Positions 27,462-36,939 of a DNA stretch of 64,000 nucleotides are shown here, in pieces. Every line of letters starts with the position of its first letter. Within the stretch, counting starts at the first letter, position 1. This DNA is from a virus: positions 1 to 64,000 of IMG/VR virus record IMGVR_UViG_3300009605_000020; one strand, given 5' to 3'. A model generated the notes under the pieces. The model was not told where the DNA came from. It searched no databases and saw nothing but the letters and a program-made list of their open reading frames with translations. The position numbers and the translations under genes were made by a program.

Positions 27462-29445
27462 TTGTCTTGGTCTCCACTTCTTTAGTTTCCGCTTCTTTAG
27501 TCTCCAGCTCCGTAATTAGTTTTCTGATCGCTCTAGAGTTCTCAAATAAACTAGTTTCTTCACTATTATCATCATTATAATTAGGCTCTAGCTCCTCATA
27601 AAGTGCATTGACATTTAATAGTTGATGTCCGGGGAAAATATCTCGGCGTGAAGCTCCGTGACTTGGACGTAATTTTCTAGTAGTGGGGCCTCGTTTGTTG
27701 GTTTTTCGAGTATCATCTTTCTTTTTATAATACTTTTTTCCTTTTGCTTGTGGTTGTAAACTTATTCGAGTGGGCTTGTCTTCTCTGCGAGCCGGTGCAG
27801 CCAGAAGAGTGCTTTCTTCACCACCGGCAGCTTCACCACCTAGTTCACCACCCAGCTCGCCCCCGGCAGCTTCGCCACCTGGTACGTCTCCGAGTTCACC
27901 ACCTAGTTCACCACCCAGCTCGCCTCCAAGTTCGTCACCCATTGGAGGCGCTCCTCCGAGGCCTCCGCCGGCGACTTCTTGAGCGGCCAATTCCGTAACC
28001 GCATCGAGAGCTGCTTGATATTTTCTATCATAAAATGCCTCTCTTTGGTTACGCAAAAACTCTTCGTCAGTTAGATGTAAAATATTTTTCGCTATCCAAT
28101 GTTTACTAAACATACCTTCTACAACATTATTAGCAAGATCGAATTTTGTTCGAATATGCTCAATTTCTTGTAATTCTGCTAAACGAGATGGATTGTTCAA
28201 ACTCATTTTAAATGAAATTAAGTCTTGACCCCGGAAGCCGAGAGTAAATAGATGAACGACACCAATTTTTTCAAACTCTGATATGAGAGCGCGCTGCAGC
28301 CTTTGGATGGTTCGCGCAAAACGAATATCTTTTTGGGCCAAAGTAGTTTTATCTTCAGAGCCTCCTTCAGTCATCATCAAATAGGAGTGCGGGATCTTAA
28401 TGGCTGAAAATAGTTTGTCGCGAATATATTTAACATCATCAATATCATTTAATGAATCGGCGCCCTTAAGTGTAGTTATATCAGATCCAACACCTCCGCG
28501 AATAGGAATAAAATAATCTTCTTCAACCGAAAGAGGATTATATCTTAAATCAACGCGACCAGTAGTTGGATCAACTATAGAGTTTCTCTTTAAAGAAGTT
28601 TTAACTTTCTCCATATATTGCTCAACATCTTGAGGAGGTATATTGCCCACATCAATTTTAAACATACGCCGCTCGGGGGCCCGCACGACGCGATAAGCCA
28701 ACATAGCGTCTTCTATTAAAACGAGTTGACGCCAAATACGTCTCGCCGGGTCCAGAACAGAAGTTCCATAGGGGGCATGCTTGTCATTACCCAAAACTCT
28801 AAAGTGCGCAACTTGCCAATTTTCAAAAGTCATGTTGGCGGAATTCCACTGGAATTGCACATAATTAGGATTAGTCGGGTCCTGGCCCTCTAGCCTCTCC
28901 ACTTCGCCAGACGGAAGGCCGATAACACCCTTAACTCCCAGTACTTCATCAATATCTAGATACAGAAAAAAATCGCCAAACTTGCACATTGTTCTGGCCC
29001 AGCCAAAGGCGTTGAATTCAATATTAAGCATTTCATAGAACAAAGATTCAAGAATCTCTTTGATCTCTTCGTTGCGACAATCTATCTTGAGAAGTCTATT
29101 GTACTCATTAGAAGTCGTCATTTCATCAGCGTAAATATCCATAGCTGATGCAATCTCGGGCATATATTCCATTTGATCAAAATCAATATAACGTTCGTTA
29201 CGATTTTGATTCCGCATTGCAGCGGACGTCATCATATTATAATTGCGCGATAAATTATCCGAAGAACGCTTAAATTGATGACCACTTAAACTTTTAAAAC
29301 GAGTCTGGTATTTATCTAGCGCCGAACGACGTTCTTCTCTTGTAAACTGAGCCCGATAATTTATTAGCGGGCCAGAAAAAATTCTCGTCAGTCTTTTAAA
29401 AAGTGGAGATGAGGGGTTACGTGGATTGTTCTTGTTGTCTGCCAT
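27442..29445 (-). CDS. gp20: Portal protein (T4 gp20-like)
   Basis: PEIASAMDIYADE, PYGTSVL..ARRIWRQL.LIEDAML.YRVVRAPERRMFKIDVGNIP, EEDYFIP.RG, LFSAIKIP, DIRFARTIQRLQ. Confidence 0.95.
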   Translation of the reverse strand: MADNKNNPRNPSSPLFKRLTRIFSGPLINYRAQFTREERRSALDKYQTRFKSLSGHQFKRSSDNLSRNYNMMTSAAMRNQNRNERYIDFDQMEYMPEIASAMDIYADEMTTSNEYNRLLKIDCRNEEIKEILESLFYEMLNIEFNAFGWARTMCKFGDFFLYLDIDEVLGVKGVIGLPSGEVERLEGQDPTNPNYVQFQWNSANMTFENWQVAHFRVLGNDKHAPYGTSVLDPARRIWRQLVLIEDAMLAYRVVRAPERRMFKIDVGNIPPQDVEQYMEKVKTSLKRNSIVDPTTGRVDLRYNPLSVEEDYFIPIRGGVGSDITTLKGADSLNDIDDVKYIRDKLFSAIKIPHSYLMMTEGGSEDKTTLAQKDIRFARTIQRLQRALISEFEKIGVVHLFTLGFRGQDLISFKMSLNNPSRLAELQEIEHIRTKFDLANNVVEGMFSKHWIAKNILHLTDEEFLRNQREAFYDRKYQAALDAVTELAAQEVAGGGLGGAPPMGDELGGELGGELGGELGDVPGGEAAGGELGGELGGEAAGGEESTLLAAPARREDKPTRISLQPQAKGKKYYKKKDDTRKTNKRGPTTRKLRPSHGASRRDIFPGHQLLNVNALYEELEPNYNDDNSEETSLFENSRAIRKLITELETKEAETKEVETKTSESKAQ
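27820..27945. repeat. GGEL/GGEAA low-complexity repeat in portal C-terminus, including a 30-bp direct duplication
   Basis: ttcaccacctagttcaccacccagctcgcc at 27832 and 27895. Confidence 0.8.
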
Positions 29446-29449
29446 TTAT

Positions 29450-31036
29450 TTATCCCTTAATAATTCCTAGGTATTGTTTATTAAATTCTTTGGCCGCCTG
29501 CATGCGATCGTCTTCTGTGTGCACTTTATGGCCGATCATTCCAGGGATGGTTGTGGAAAAAGATCTATTAGATGTGGAAATAGCCGACAACGCATGTTTA
29601 CTATATTCTACAGCGCGATCATTTTCTACCAGTACTGTATCTCTCACCCAGCATCCAATTGCAAAAGACATTACCAAATCATCATTGTATGATCTCATAG
29701 CTTGAGCTTTACCATTTTGCCAAATAAAAGTTTTCATTTCGCTCATCAAGCGATTGGAATTTATTTTAATAAGTTTGTTTCTCATGAACTCTTCCATCTT
29801 TGCTATTACTAAAGGTCTTGTCTTGGCTGACGTTGTAAAGCCCGGGACGACATTAGATTGCCACTGCGCTGTGACAGCATCAACATAGTTGTGAGAAGTC
29901 TTAGTAGAATAATATATATTATTATAACCCTTATCAATAAGTTTATTAAGTACTGTAAATCCTATATTATTGTTCTCCGCCACAATCATACAATTACCAT
30001 ATTCTCTTCCCGCATCAAACAACATATCGGCATAATCGTCTGGGTTTGGTTTTCCGATATATTCAGCAACAATTTCTAACGTATCAGACTTAAAAACATG
30101 AAAAGCTGAATTGTCTTTACCATCGCCGCGAGCAATATCTGCCGATATAAAATATGGACTTCCAGCCTCATACTCTTCCCAGATCCAATAGTTTCGATCA
30201 AAGCCGGTACGATACTTAGGCTCCGTAATTAATCCTATGTAGTGAAGTATATCATCGGGGTGTACTACAGTTTCACCAGACACATTAAAACTGCATTCGA
30301 GTTCTTGCGCAATTTGGCGCTTAGACATGTTTTTAGTCTCTTTTTCGAACCATATCTGATCACGCTCTGGGTGGACATCCCACAACAACTTTGTTAGATT
30401 AAAGTTATTTACGCCACTCTCGGCCTCAACACATGTCTTGTGAAACCAGTTTCCCACACCGTTTGGTGTAGAAAGAGCTATACATCGCCCACCGGTCGAT
30501 AGGGTAGGATAAAGAGCGGCCCACAAATCTCCCAGTTTTTCTACGTGGGCGGCTTCATCAACTATTAATAATGATAAAGCCTCAGAACGACCAACATCCG
30601 AAGAGGTGCTACTCGCTTTAATTTGGGAACCGTTGCTAAGCTCAAAAGATGTTCTGTTATCAATTGATATATTAGATATCCTCATCCACTCGGGAAGGGT
30701 TTTCATTATCTTCTTAACTTTGCGTACTAAATTGGTTGCGGTTTGTAATTTGGTTGCAACGACTAAAATATTCTTGTCACGGTGAAAGAGCATCAACCAT
30801 ACTGTATACGCCGCAGTAACAGTAGATATTCCAAGCTGCCTAGCTTTTAAAACAACGTTAAACCGATAGTCATTAAAATCTTTTAATAGGTCTTCTTGAA
30901 AATCATATGCTTTAAAGGGGATTATCCCTCTTTGAGGGTGAGATATCTTGCAATAATTTGTAATAAAATGAGTCGGATCTTTCCCTGATTTTACTACTTC
31001 TTTTATAATCTCTTGCTTAGTAAGCTTGTATCCCAT
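29450..31036 (-). CDS. gp17: Terminase large subunit (T4 gp17-like)
   Basis: Walker A KARQLGIST, Walker B LLIVDEAAH, LSTPNG, nuclease ADIARGDGKDNSA and DDLVMS. No intein or intron seen. Confidence 0.95.
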   Translation of the reverse strand: MGYKLTKQEIIKEVVKSGKDPTHFITNYCKISHPQRGIIPFKAYDFQEDLLKDFNDYRFNVVLKARQLGISTVTAAYTVWLMLFHRDKNILVVATKLQTATNLVRKVKKIMKTLPEWMRISNISIDNRTSFELSNGSQIKASSTSSDVGRSEALSLLIVDEAAHVEKLGDLWAALYPTLSTGGRCIALSTPNGVGNWFHKTCVEAESGVNNFNLTKLLWDVHPERDQIWFEKETKNMSKRQIAQELECSFNVSGETVVHPDDILHYIGLITEPKYRTGFDRNYWIWEEYEAGSPYFISADIARGDGKDNSAFHVFKSDTLEIVAEYIGKPNPDDYADMLFDAGREYGNCMIVAENNNIGFTVLNKLIDKGYNNIYYSTKTSHNYVDAVTAQWQSNVVPGFTTSAKTRPLVIAKMEEFMRNKLIKINSNRLMSEMKTFIWQNGKAQAMRSYNDDLVMSFAIGCWVRDTVLVENDRAVEYSKHALSAISTSNRSFSTTIPGMIGHKVHTEDDRMQAAKEFNKQYLGIIKG

Positions 31037-31051
31037 AACACTTTATTATTT

Positions 31052-31594
31052 TTACCCTTTGCGCGTGTCATTGGAGGGACGTTTATTCTTAGGTCCAAGA
31101 GCAAGCCAATCTCGGACGGCTTTATCTAGCCCTTCTTTCTTGTCTGGGTTGACTTCCTTGACATCTCCTATGCCACCAATTTTATAGTCGCATGTGGCAT
31201 TTACATCGGTTCGATAGTTAGAAAGTTTTTGCACTAGAACGGAAGGTTCTCCGACTCTAGTCAAAGTAAGACCATCTCCGGTGACTTTTTTATATTCTTT
31301 TTTGAGGAACGATGCAACCTTATTTATCATTTGAGAAATTTCATTCTCAAATCCTTTTTGCGCAACGTCTTTTAATCTTATTTCTGATTGATATAAGATA
31401 GTTAAAAGCGGGCCGTTAAACTTTACTCTAAACCCATCATTAACGCGTTTATCTCTAATAAAGTCACCCTCTTCTCGTCGGAGTCCCACCTTGTGGGGTT
31501 TCTCATCAGCAATTAAGGTCTCATCGTGCGCGCCGTCATAAGCATTAGCAGCTGCCTGTGAAATACCTCGAATAATTTCTAGTGTTGTAGCCAT
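31052..31594 (-). CDS. Hypothetical protein
   Basis: 180-aa ORF immediately upstream of terL. Confidence 0.7.
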   Translation of the reverse strand: MATTLEIIRGISQAAANAYDGAHDETLIADEKPHKVGLRREEGDFIRDKRVNDGFRVKFNGPLLTILYQSEIRLKDVAQKGFENEISQMINKVASFLKKEYKKVTGDGLTLTRVGEPSVLVQKLSNYRTDVNATCDYKIGGIGDVKEVNPDKKEGLDKAVRDWLALGPKNKRPSNDTRKG

Positions 31595-31599
31595 TTATA

Positions 31600-31989
31600 T
31601 CATCCCTCTTTATATGGTCGCCATCCAGATAACCATCTTTCTTCTCTATCCTCTATCCACTGAATGTAACACATATAGCATGTTGAAAACTTATTCATGT
31701 ACATCCCATCGCGCCCATCAAACGAATATTTTTCGCAAATCGGACAAACCCTATTTGTATCTTTACTAAGTAGTTTTTGGTTGATTAAAAAACCATCTTG
31801 TTCCACTTTGACTTCCTTTTCAGATAGCTGCGCAAATTTTTGTCGTTCTTGAATAGATTGTTTAATATATTCTCGCTCTTTTTCATCATCCCAATTTTGC
31901 CGAGGATTATCTACTGTCTCACGGCCGTACTTTTGAGCAATTGCTTTTTCTAGTTTGGGAATATAGTTGGGGTCTTTGTCAGTCATCAC
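31600..31989 (-). CDS. Hypothetical protein with C4 zinc finger
   Basis: CPIC-x17-CYMC near the C-terminus, followed by WxxGWRP. Confidence 0.7.
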   Translation of the reverse strand: MMTDKDPNYIPKLEKAIAQKYGRETVDNPRQNWDDEKEREYIKQSIQERQKFAQLSEKEVKVEQDGFLINQKLLSKDTNRVCPICEKYSFDGRDGMYMNKFSTCYMCYIQWIEDREERWLSGWRPYKEG

Positions 31990-32678
31990 ACAATATCAGC
32001 GTTAGATGCTACAGCAATTGCTTGCATTATAAAGGCCGGGTACGAGGCAGTGACGGTATCGGCAGGGCCTCCGCCAGATCCGCCCCACTTTAAATACACC
32101 GGGACAGAACTCGATCGGACTGCGGCACCCAAATAATAAGTGGTTGACGTTCCGGGAGTGAGACCATCAACAATCCACTCCACATGAGTAACTGAATCCG
32201 CCGCGCTGCTTGCGGCCGTTCCAGTGAGGAGTACTCTCTTTTGATATTGATTGTCTAAAAATGTCCCGTTCGAAGAAGTGCATAGCGCAAATAAAATTGT
32301 ATTTATGTTGGCAACGTCAATAGTAACTTGGACTCTAATGCGAACCTTCCCGCTTTGGGGCACCACGAAAGCCACCTTACACGACGCATAGCCATCGTTA
32401 TCGAGGACCGGGTGCCACGCGGATGCCGTCGCCGGAGCAATTGACAACGTCCACGAAGAAGCGGAGGCCGGATCAATATAAGTTTCACCTATTACCAAAC
32501 CGCCGACTTGCTCAAAATCTACCGGAGAGACAACTCCCACGGTTGTTGAACTCTCTGGAATAGTTAAATCCATAACAGTTAGTGTTTTGATAACAGCGAG
32601 CTTAAGAAATCTTAGATTTTGTTCAAGAAAATGAAGAAGTCGATTTTTAGATCCCACTTCTGGGATTGGGCTGCTCAT
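31986..32678 (-). CDS. Hypothetical beta-rich protein, fibre-tip-like
   Basis: FVVPQSGKVRI, GLTPGTSTTYYLG and YPAFIMQAIA resemble fibre C-terminal domains. Confidence 0.5.
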   Translation of the reverse strand: MSSPIPEVGSKNRLLHFLEQNLRFLKLAVIKTLTVMDLTIPESSTTVGVVSPVDFEQVGGLVIGETYIDPASASSWTLSIAPATASAWHPVLDNDGYASCKVAFVVPQSGKVRIRVQVTIDVANINTILFALCTSSNGTFLDNQYQKRVLLTGTAASSAADSVTHVEWIVDGLTPGTSTTYYLGAAVRSSSVPVYLKWGGSGGGPADTVTASYPAFIMQAIAVASNADIV

Positions 32679-33124
32679 TTAATGATTTCCGTTGAGATGG
32701 CAAAAATGCCTAGCGACGTTAATGTTCCAATTCCAAACCCCAAAGCGACAAGAAGAGGGCCGTCGGCTGGTTTTTGTTTTAATACTAAATCTTGCAGTCT
32801 CTCATTCTCGGTAGTTTTAAGAATCATCATAGACTCATACCTGTCCTTCCATGAAAGAATTTCGACATCTTTATATGAAAGCTGTAACTCATAGTTCTGT
32901 TGTTGAATATGAAGTTCATAATCAACGCGCAGCTCACATTCCGTATCCTCAAACTTTTTATCAACCGCAATCTTTGCTGCGGCCTCTGGTGTTAGTAGCA
33001 CTCCATCAAACGGTGCTGGATCTCCAGTCTTAAGACTTGTAATCTCATAGGATTCATCAGCAATTGCGACCATTGGGCATGCTAAAAATGCAGCCAAATA
33101 TAAGATCAATAGCTTTTTAACCAT
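32675..33124 (-). CDS. Spanin-like envelope protein (signal peptide or weak lipobox, coiled coil, C-terminal TM)
   Basis: MVKKLLILYLAAFLAC..., GDPAPFDGVLL, coiled coil, then LLVALGFGIGTLTSLGIFAI. Overlaps the upstream TM/coiled-coil gene. Confidence 0.5.
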   Translation of the reverse strand: MVKKLLILYLAAFLACPMVAIADESYEITSLKTGDPAPFDGVLLTPEAAAKIAVDKKFEDTECELRVDYELHIQQQNYELQLSYKDVEILSWKDRYESMMILKTTENERLQDLVLKQKPADGPLLVALGFGIGTLTSLGIFAISTEIIK

Positions 33125-33533
33125 GTTCTAATCCAAACAATCTAGCCAACTCGCGCGCTAAAACATCTGGGTCATTATACCCCTCTTCGACTAATTTTTT
33201 AATTTCTTTCTTTTTGTCAGCCTCCAGCTCTTGATTTTTTTCAGCATATTCTTTCTCTAATATCTCAATATTTTTATTATATTCAGCCAAGACGCGCTTT
33301 TTTTCTTCAGCTTCGCGGTTATGAATTTCGTTTAATTTATCAATCTCTTTTTTATATGACTCGCGTGAGTTTTCCAAGAGGTCGATAAGAGTGGCCACAT
33401 ACGTGCCATTTTTTGTAAAAGCCCATACCAAGATAGCAAGCACTAGCGCAACTAACAGCAATGGTATATACCAGTAGTGCTTTAGCCATGACAATATTTT
33501 TTTAACTCTACTTTTTAACAGCAAAAGATTCAC
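33117..33533 (-). CDS. i-spanin-like protein (single N-terminal TM plus coiled coil)
   Basis: WYIPLLLVALVLAILVWAF followed by a long charged coiled coil. Follows the holin-like gene. Confidence 0.55.
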   Translation of the reverse strand: MNLLLLKSRVKKILSWLKHYWYIPLLLVALVLAILVWAFTKNGTYVATLIDLLENSRESYKKEIDKLNEIHNREAEEKKRVLAEYNKNIEILEKEYAEKNQELEADKKKEIKKLVEEGYNDPDVLARELARLFGLEHG

Positions 33534-33718
33534 TAATTAACTCCCTTGAGGCGCGCCACTGTATCAACTATAGTTTGGCCGCCGATATATACCGTGGTTA
33601 TAATAACCCAATCGCCAGAAGTTAAATCCGCAAACAATAATAATGCCGTGGCGGTTGCCCAGGCCAAAAGCTTACGAGAAACTAACTTGTTTAATCCTCT
33701 ATCTAAAAGATGTCTCAT
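33533..33718 (-). CDS. Holin-like small membrane protein
   Basis: SRKLLAWATATALLLF and WVIITTVYIGGQTIVD form two TM segments. Start revised to ATG 33718 because it has an AGGAG SD and the regulatory motif lies at 33739-33746. Confidence 0.55.
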   Translation of the reverse strand: MRHLLDRGLNKLVSRKLLAWATATALLLFADLTSGDWVIITTVYIGGQTIVDTVARLKGVN

Positions 33719-33738
33719 GATATCTCTCCTTTTCAATA

Positions 33739-33746
33739 TAATTAGT
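33739..33746 (-). promoter_or_regulatory. ACTAWWTA motif (ACTAATTA)
   Basis: 20 nt upstream of the holin-like ATG 33718. Confidence 0.6.
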
Positions 33747-33773
33747 TCGGAGAGATGAACCAGGCGAGATTAT

Positions 33774-36700
33774 TTACTGTACGACCTTAGCATAGTTTCC
33801 TGGCTTCTCGATTATAATTTGAGTATCCACACAATCTTTCAGATTATCTAGATGTGAGATCAGAACCACAGTCTTGAAGTAAGACTTGATTAACTCAAGA
33901 ATCCGAACAAACCCCTCCATATTATCTGCGTCCAAAGCTGTGCCCGGCTCGTCAAGAATAAAAATATCTCCCTTGGGCAAATTAGAAACCGACAGGAGTG
34001 CCAAACGAATAGCCATAGCAGCAATTGTTTTCTCTGCGCCGGAGCCCATTTCAATCGGCCTTGGATCATGCTTGGGGTGCTTAATAAAAATATTAAGTCT
34101 GGCGCCGTCATCTTCAAAAAACGCTTCGAATGAAACTATATTAGCTAAAACCTTAGCAATTTCATTATTAATAGCGGGCAGCTGCTTTTTAATTATATCA
34201 TAAGCAATCCCATTTGAGTGCATGCAACGCAAGTAAAGATCATAGGCGGCATATTCTTGCCGGATATCCCTCATTTCTTTTTGTTGCTCTGTCAAATTTT
34301 TGAGTTTCTGGTCTAGTGACCCCTTCCTACTATAATAATTTAATGTTAGCTTCTTGTAAGCATCGCGATGATTTTTATGTGCAGCTAACTTATCAAGAAT
34401 TCTTTGACGCTTATCTGTGAGATGCTCAAAGTTTTCAATCGTTTCTCTGTTTTCCTCATATTCTTCAATTTTGTTTTGCAAGGAAAATAGTTCATTTTCA
34501 TATAAAAGAATCTCAGCATTAGATCTCTCATAAAGTACTTGTTCATCTTTGAGAGATAATTCCTCCGTGGTTCGAACAGCGACAACATCATTATACTTAC
34601 GTCGATTCTCTGAAACCATAAGAGGGTCTAGGACCTTTAGCCCCGACCTTAAGCTTTTGATTACATCAACCTGAGCAAGAGCATTTTCTTGAACTTTCTT
34701 GATTCCTTTTTTTGCCTGATGTGCGTCATGTATAAATTTGCACATCGGAAAGCTATCTCCGCAGGGCACCTCATCTAGTAATTTTAATTTGGTATTTTGA
34801 GAATTAAAATCCTTTTGAAGAAGCTTCGCCTTATTAACAGTAGCATCCAAAAGCTTTTGTTTGGCTTCTATTTGTTCTTGTCTATAGTCTAAATCGTCAA
34901 TATCAAACTCACCAAGAAACCGCTGCAGTCTTTTCAAATGCCTTTTTGTTTTCTGGATGCCGACCTTTCTTTCTAGGTTTGCTTTTTTAGTTTGCTCTAG
35001 TTTTTGTGTTAACGTAATTTTCTTTTGTTGTGCCTCAAGAATATCTATAATGCCTGTGGGAATCGATTCTATTACTTCATTGGCTTCTACAAGATCTTCT
35101 TCTAAAGTAGATATCTCTTCTAAAGCGGACTCACACTTCTTCTCATGTAAGCCGAGTTCAAGTTGAGTTTTTTCTATCTCTTCCTTTACGTTGGCGATAT
35201 TCTCATCAAAATTTTTATCACCAATGCGGCGTAGTACGCCCTTAAGATCCGCACTGTCTTCCTTAGAGAGTCTAAACTTTTTCTCAAAAACTTCTAAATC
35301 TAAAAACTTGGCAAGTATCTCTTTCCGGCGAGTGGAACCTTCCTTAATAAAAGAAAGAGAATCTAGCTGGGAAGCCATAGATGTTAAAAGAAAATCTTCT
35401 ATGGTTCCAAAATGCTTCCTAATGGCAGCGTCAGTCTTTATACGAGATGTGTCGTTAAGTCCTATGGTTTCATCCATGACGGGATCATAATAATCAAAAT
35501 CTAGATCTGTCTTTGCTTCCAGCGATTCTTCGCCCTTTAATTTCTTGGTATACTTTTCTGAGCGGCGAGAAATCGTATATACTTTGTTTCCTATTTGAAG
35601 CGTAAGTTTCCCGCTGCAGCTGTTCCTATTCTGGTTGATTACATTTAGATTCTTTCGTTCATTTTTTGAAGTGGTATTAAACAAGGTATATAATAGGCCA
35701 TCAATAATGCTAGATTTACCAGAATAGTTTTTACCGAATACGCCGACGATCCCACTTAGCTTTTCAAAATCTATTTTGTTGTTCTTGCCATAATTAAAAA
35801 GATTATCCCACTCAAAACTGTTAAGTTTCCAATTAACATTTCGTGCTACATCCTCTGAGGCCTCTGCCATAGAGTTATATTTTTGGTTCAGAGCAAACAC
35901 TCTTTCCATTAAATCATCAGAAACCTCATAGTCTTTTAGGTATTCTTTCATAAGTTTTTCTTGAACAGAAATGTCTCGTAGGTTCTCTCTAAAGAAGCCA
36001 TTGCCATTTATATCTATTGTGCCCCTTTGGCCGGCTGCTCTATTTAAAAAAGTAATGCTTTCGGGCGCAAATCGGTGTTTGGCAACTTCTACGGCGCGCT
36101 TCATAACGTTCAAAGGGAGGTTATTGTTGCTTACAAGCCTCAGGCGGGCTCCTGGTGCGATTTGGGTACCTTTGGGCATCCTACCCCTCGGAGTCAGCAC
36201 AATCGTCACAAATGGCCGCGGGTTAAGCAATTTTATATGTTTTACCTTAAAAATGTCCTTATTTTCGATTTCCCATATCAAAAACCCCTTATCGTTTGTC
36301 TCTCCGTGATTTTGCTGTACAATGGATCCGCAATAACGAACTCGGCCTTCGTGATCGAGAATTTGATTAGTTTTGTGAATGTCTCCGAGCATCGCATAGT
36401 CGTGACCTTCGAATATTGAAACGTCGTGATCGCCATGATCCATGACCCAGCCAATGTCAGTCTTCACCCCCATAATGGATCCGTGATAAACAGCAATATT
36501 AATTTTGCTAGGATCTGTGGGAGCTACCCAATTCTCTTCATCAAAGACAGACAACACATTCATAACGAGACCGGGCGCCATTTCCACCTCTCCGGAGTTT
36601 TTTAACAAATGAAGATTCGGATGTTGCAATGCATTTACTATTGGGGTAATAGCATCTTGTCGTGACGAATTACGAAGATTCCCATCGTGATTACCAAGAA

Positions 36701-36929
36701 TTACATATGTAGGTGCAATGCCCGCGAGAGTAGATAAAAACTCAGAACACAGCTCAACAAATTCTGGTGATATCTGCGTTTTGGTGTGAGCAATATCTCC
36801 GCCGATATATATAAAGTCAACTTTTTCTTCTCGAAGACTTTCATACATAGAGTCAAATATCTTTCGATATTCGTAGTGATATTTAAGATTCTTGATGTGA
36901 ACATCAGCACAGTGTGCAATTTTATACAT
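33774..36929 (-). CDS. Fused Mre11/SbcD nuclease - Rad50/SbcC ATPase (gp47-gp46 fusion)
   Basis: Phosphoesterase motifs ADVH, GGDIAH, GNHD, YHG, GDIH. Then Walker A GKNYSGKSS, Q-loop, long coiled coil with PCGDSFPMC, signature GSGAE, Walker B/D-loop FILDEPGTALD and H-loop ISH. Confidence 0.92.
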   Translation of the reverse strand: MYKIAHCADVHIKNLKYHYEYRKIFDSMYESLREEKVDFIYIGGDIAHTKTQISPEFVELCSEFLSTLAGIAPTYVILGNHDGNLRNSSRQDAITPIVNALQHPNLHLLKNSGEVEMAPGLVMNVLSVFDEENWVAPTDPSKINIAVYHGSIMGVKTDIGWVMDHGDHDVSIFEGHDYAMLGDIHKTNQILDHEGRVRYCGSIVQQNHGETNDKGFLIWEIENKDIFKVKHIKLLNPRPFVTIVLTPRGRMPKGTQIAPGARLRLVSNNNLPLNVMKRAVEVAKHRFAPESITFLNRAAGQRGTIDINGNGFFRENLRDISVQEKLMKEYLKDYEVSDDLMERVFALNQKYNSMAEASEDVARNVNWKLNSFEWDNLFNYGKNNKIDFEKLSGIVGVFGKNYSGKSSIIDGLLYTLFNTTSKNERKNLNVINQNRNSCSGKLTLQIGNKVYTISRRSEKYTKKLKGEESLEAKTDLDFDYYDPVMDETIGLNDTSRIKTDAAIRKHFGTIEDFLLTSMASQLDSLSFIKEGSTRRKEILAKFLDLEVFEKKFRLSKEDSADLKGVLRRIGDKNFDENIANVKEEIEKTQLELGLHEKKCESALEEISTLEEDLVEANEVIESIPTGIIDILEAQQKKITLTQKLEQTKKANLERKVGIQKTKRHLKRLQRFLGEFDIDDLDYRQEQIEAKQKLLDATVNKAKLLQKDFNSQNTKLKLLDEVPCGDSFPMCKFIHDAHQAKKGIKKVQENALAQVDVIKSLRSGLKVLDPLMVSENRRKYNDVVAVRTTEELSLKDEQVLYERSNAEILLYENELFSLQNKIEEYEENRETIENFEHLTDKRQRILDKLAAHKNHRDAYKKLTLNYYSRKGSLDQKLKNLTEQQKEMRDIRQEYAAYDLYLRCMHSNGIAYDIIKKQLPAINNEIAKVLANIVSFEAFFEDDGARLNIFIKHPKHDPRPIEMGSGAEKTIAAMAIRLALLSVSNLPKGDIFILDEPGTALDADNMEGFVRILELIKSYFKTVVLISHLDNLKDCVDTQIIIEKPGNYAKVVQ

Positions 36930-36939
36930 AGAGTTTTCT

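Noticed and set aside
33719-33736. ORF-track start (TTG 33736) for the holin-like gene, or a dual-start holin/antiholin
   Set aside because: The TTG lies 2 nt from the regulatory motif with no SD, whereas ATG 33718 has AGGAG. A dual start is unsupported.
29450-36929. Inteins, introns or homing endonucleases in terminase, portal or Rad50
   Set aside because: Conserved motifs are contiguous at normal spacing. No intein termini or LAGLIDADG/HNH/GIY-YIG motifs were seen.
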